Source: Takakia lepidozioides
Taxonomy: Eukaryota > Plantae > Bryophyta
Assembly (NCBI GenBank): GCA_030704615.1
Contig: CM060731.1
Location: 15,438,001-15,502,000, forward strand
DNA length: 64,000 nt
Direction of reading: 5' to 3'
In this document: positions 62,120 through 64,000 of the stretch, one piece after another
How the letters are laid out: the number at the start of each line of letters is the position of its first letter
Position numbering within the stretch: position 1 is the first letter of the stretch
The notes under the pieces: generated by a model
Database searches by the model: none
What the model was told of the DNA's origin: nothing
The model's input: the letters and a program-made list of their open reading frames with translations, nothing else
Translations under genes and position numbers: made by a program

Positions 62120-64000
62120 AAGAGAGAGAGAGAATGTACTCACAAGACATTGTTTCCCGGTAGCCTTGTGGCCATTGACCCCGTGCCCAGTTTGAGCTGA
62201 ACACAAAGGGACAGAAACTACCTTTCTCAGGAGCTGGCACCGGTAGTATGACTTACCTTGGAACAGACAATGGATCCGAGTTTGTCAGATATCCTCTAGA
62301 AATCCCTTTACACAAGCATCAATCTGCTGTGTGTGATTTGCCCAATAACTAGGCCCCAAAAGGGCCTGGGCTTTTGGCTCAGCCCTCGAGAGCTGTTTAC
62401 CTTTAAAGTTGGTAAACAGAGGCACAGGCACAAATCCCTTGATGGATTTGAAGAGGGCGTCTCTCTGGTGAGAGTACCCAGGACAATGAATCAGAAAATG
62501 AGTATTGTCTTCAAGTTGCCCACACGACGGGCATTTGCAATCCCCCTTTCCTCTCTGCATCTGTTTGCTGTTCAAAGGTAGGCCTCCCGCCCTGAGTTTA
62601 AATTTCAGTCTAGTGCCGAGAGTGGGTAAACCCTTGAGGTCATCCATGATGGCCTCCCCCATGTCACAGACTGGAAACAAGTTCAGGGAAGTTTTCTGCC
62701 TAACTTCATTTTCATCAGACAATTTCCTGGCACAGACATGGCTTTTTGACACTACAGCCTCTAAGTCAGATTTATCCACCAGGGTCAAGATTTGCAACTT
62801 CGATTCAGATCCTTGAGAATCTCTTCTACCCTCTTCCCTCAGGACTTAGCCTGTTTGACAGGGCGGTCCTGTTTCCAAGATGTAGAGTCGATTAACTTAG
62901 GATATCTGGTGTTGGACATATGTTGCAGCTGACCCCACCATCTGACCTTGAATTCATCTCGTCGGAGCTTAAAGAAGGGATACCACACTCGCCTCGAACA
63001 GCCACATTAGCAGTTTTGGAGCATGCTGACATGAGCACCCCCACTTGAATGGATTCTAGAGACTTAGCCTGGTTGGAGTTATCAACGTACCCCCAGGCTG
63101 GCCTAATAATGCAGCAAAGCATGGTTTTTTTTACTTGAGAGTGATCCCTCTGCAGTGGAAAAAATTAGTGAGACCCAGCGCTTTGCGTTTGCCAGAGTGA
63201 AGAACTGTTTGAATATGTGCATCCCAATTACAGTTGGAGGAAAACTCAATGGCAAGGTCTGTGTAGGAAGGGAGGACATGAATCTCTTGGCCTCCCCACT
63301 GCCACTTGAGATTGCCTCCTCCCTCCCCTCGGTCGTTGAATGCCACCACTGCACATTTACTGACATTAGCCTCTAGCCCCCAAAGGTCAAAGTATCTCTT
63401 TGCGGAATCAATCAACTCATGAAGATTGGATGGAGTCTCCCCTATGCCTGCAAAGTCATCCGCAAACATAAGGGCTGGTCTTGTGGCATCTCCCACCCTT
63501 AATCCAAACCCCTCACTTTCCACATCCTCGAGGAGTTGATTGATGAAAACATTGAAGAGCAGAGGGGAGAGGGTAAATCCTTGATCTATTCCTTGGCCTA
63601 TGTCAAAGAAGTTAGACTTCTGTCCCTTAACAGTGACACAGCTTTGGTGTGAGCATACAAGTTTTTGTACCACTCTCCACATCTTTCCCTTGTTTCCAGA
63701 TGACCAGAGTCGGAGCCATAGACCATCTCTCCACACTGTATTATAAGCCTTTGACATCAGAAAAAGACAAAAGTGGGTTTCCCTTCTTTTTTCCTCCCTG
63801 GATAATCTGGCTTAGAGTGAAGATATGATCCACACAGCCCCTGTTTCTCCGAAAGCCGGCTTGGCCTTCATGGAAACAACCTCTAGACTCCAGATCAACC
63901 TCGAGACGAGTACTTATAACTCTGCAAAATGTCTTTCCAACTGCATTGAGAAGTGTGATGCCTTGACAGTTCCCCGGCTCTTCTCTGTCACCTTTCTTGC
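62120..64000 (-). mobile_element. RTE/RTEX-like LINE (RT, C-terminal Cys/His motif and 3' end), decayed, in an intron of the hydrolase gene
   Basis: EGQAGFRRNRGCVDHIF, KAYNTVWRDGLW, LSPLLFNVFIN, LMFADDF (63455-63466), CPSCGQLEDNTHFLIHC and HTQQIDACVKGFLEDI*. The 3' UTR ends in (CT)n at about 62120-62131. Confidence 0.88.

Overview
Eukaryotic, intron-rich, non-seed land-plant-like DNA (probably bryophyte, inferred from the hAT and PPR sequence style). Seven spliced genes can be traced by hand: eEF1B-gamma (-, runs off the left edge), an RlmI-like PUA/SAM rRNA methyltransferase (+), a DHU1-like LRR-WD40 protein (+), CYP59/PPIL4 cyclophilin-RRM (+), an ELIP (+), ALY/THO4 (-) and a PhnP-like metallo-beta-lactamase hydrolase (+, runs off the right edge). 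There is also a decayed intron-containing eEF2 pseudogene and a second eEF2 fragment. Mobile DNA includes a hAT relic with an intact 8-bp TSD, two copies of an L1/Tx1-like LINE, an RTE/RTEX-like LINE with three truncated copies that all sit in (CT)n tracts, a head-to-tail Helitron-like array, a tRNA-derived SINE-like head, a chromovirus chromodomain fragment, and a 653-bp TTAA/CCCTT piggyBac-type MITE. The most unusual signals are the piggyBac-type MITE in a plant, the apparently (CT)n-targeting LINE, and a patchwork of shuffled translation-factor gene fragments at 4-13 kb. All calls were made by eye and no searches were run.
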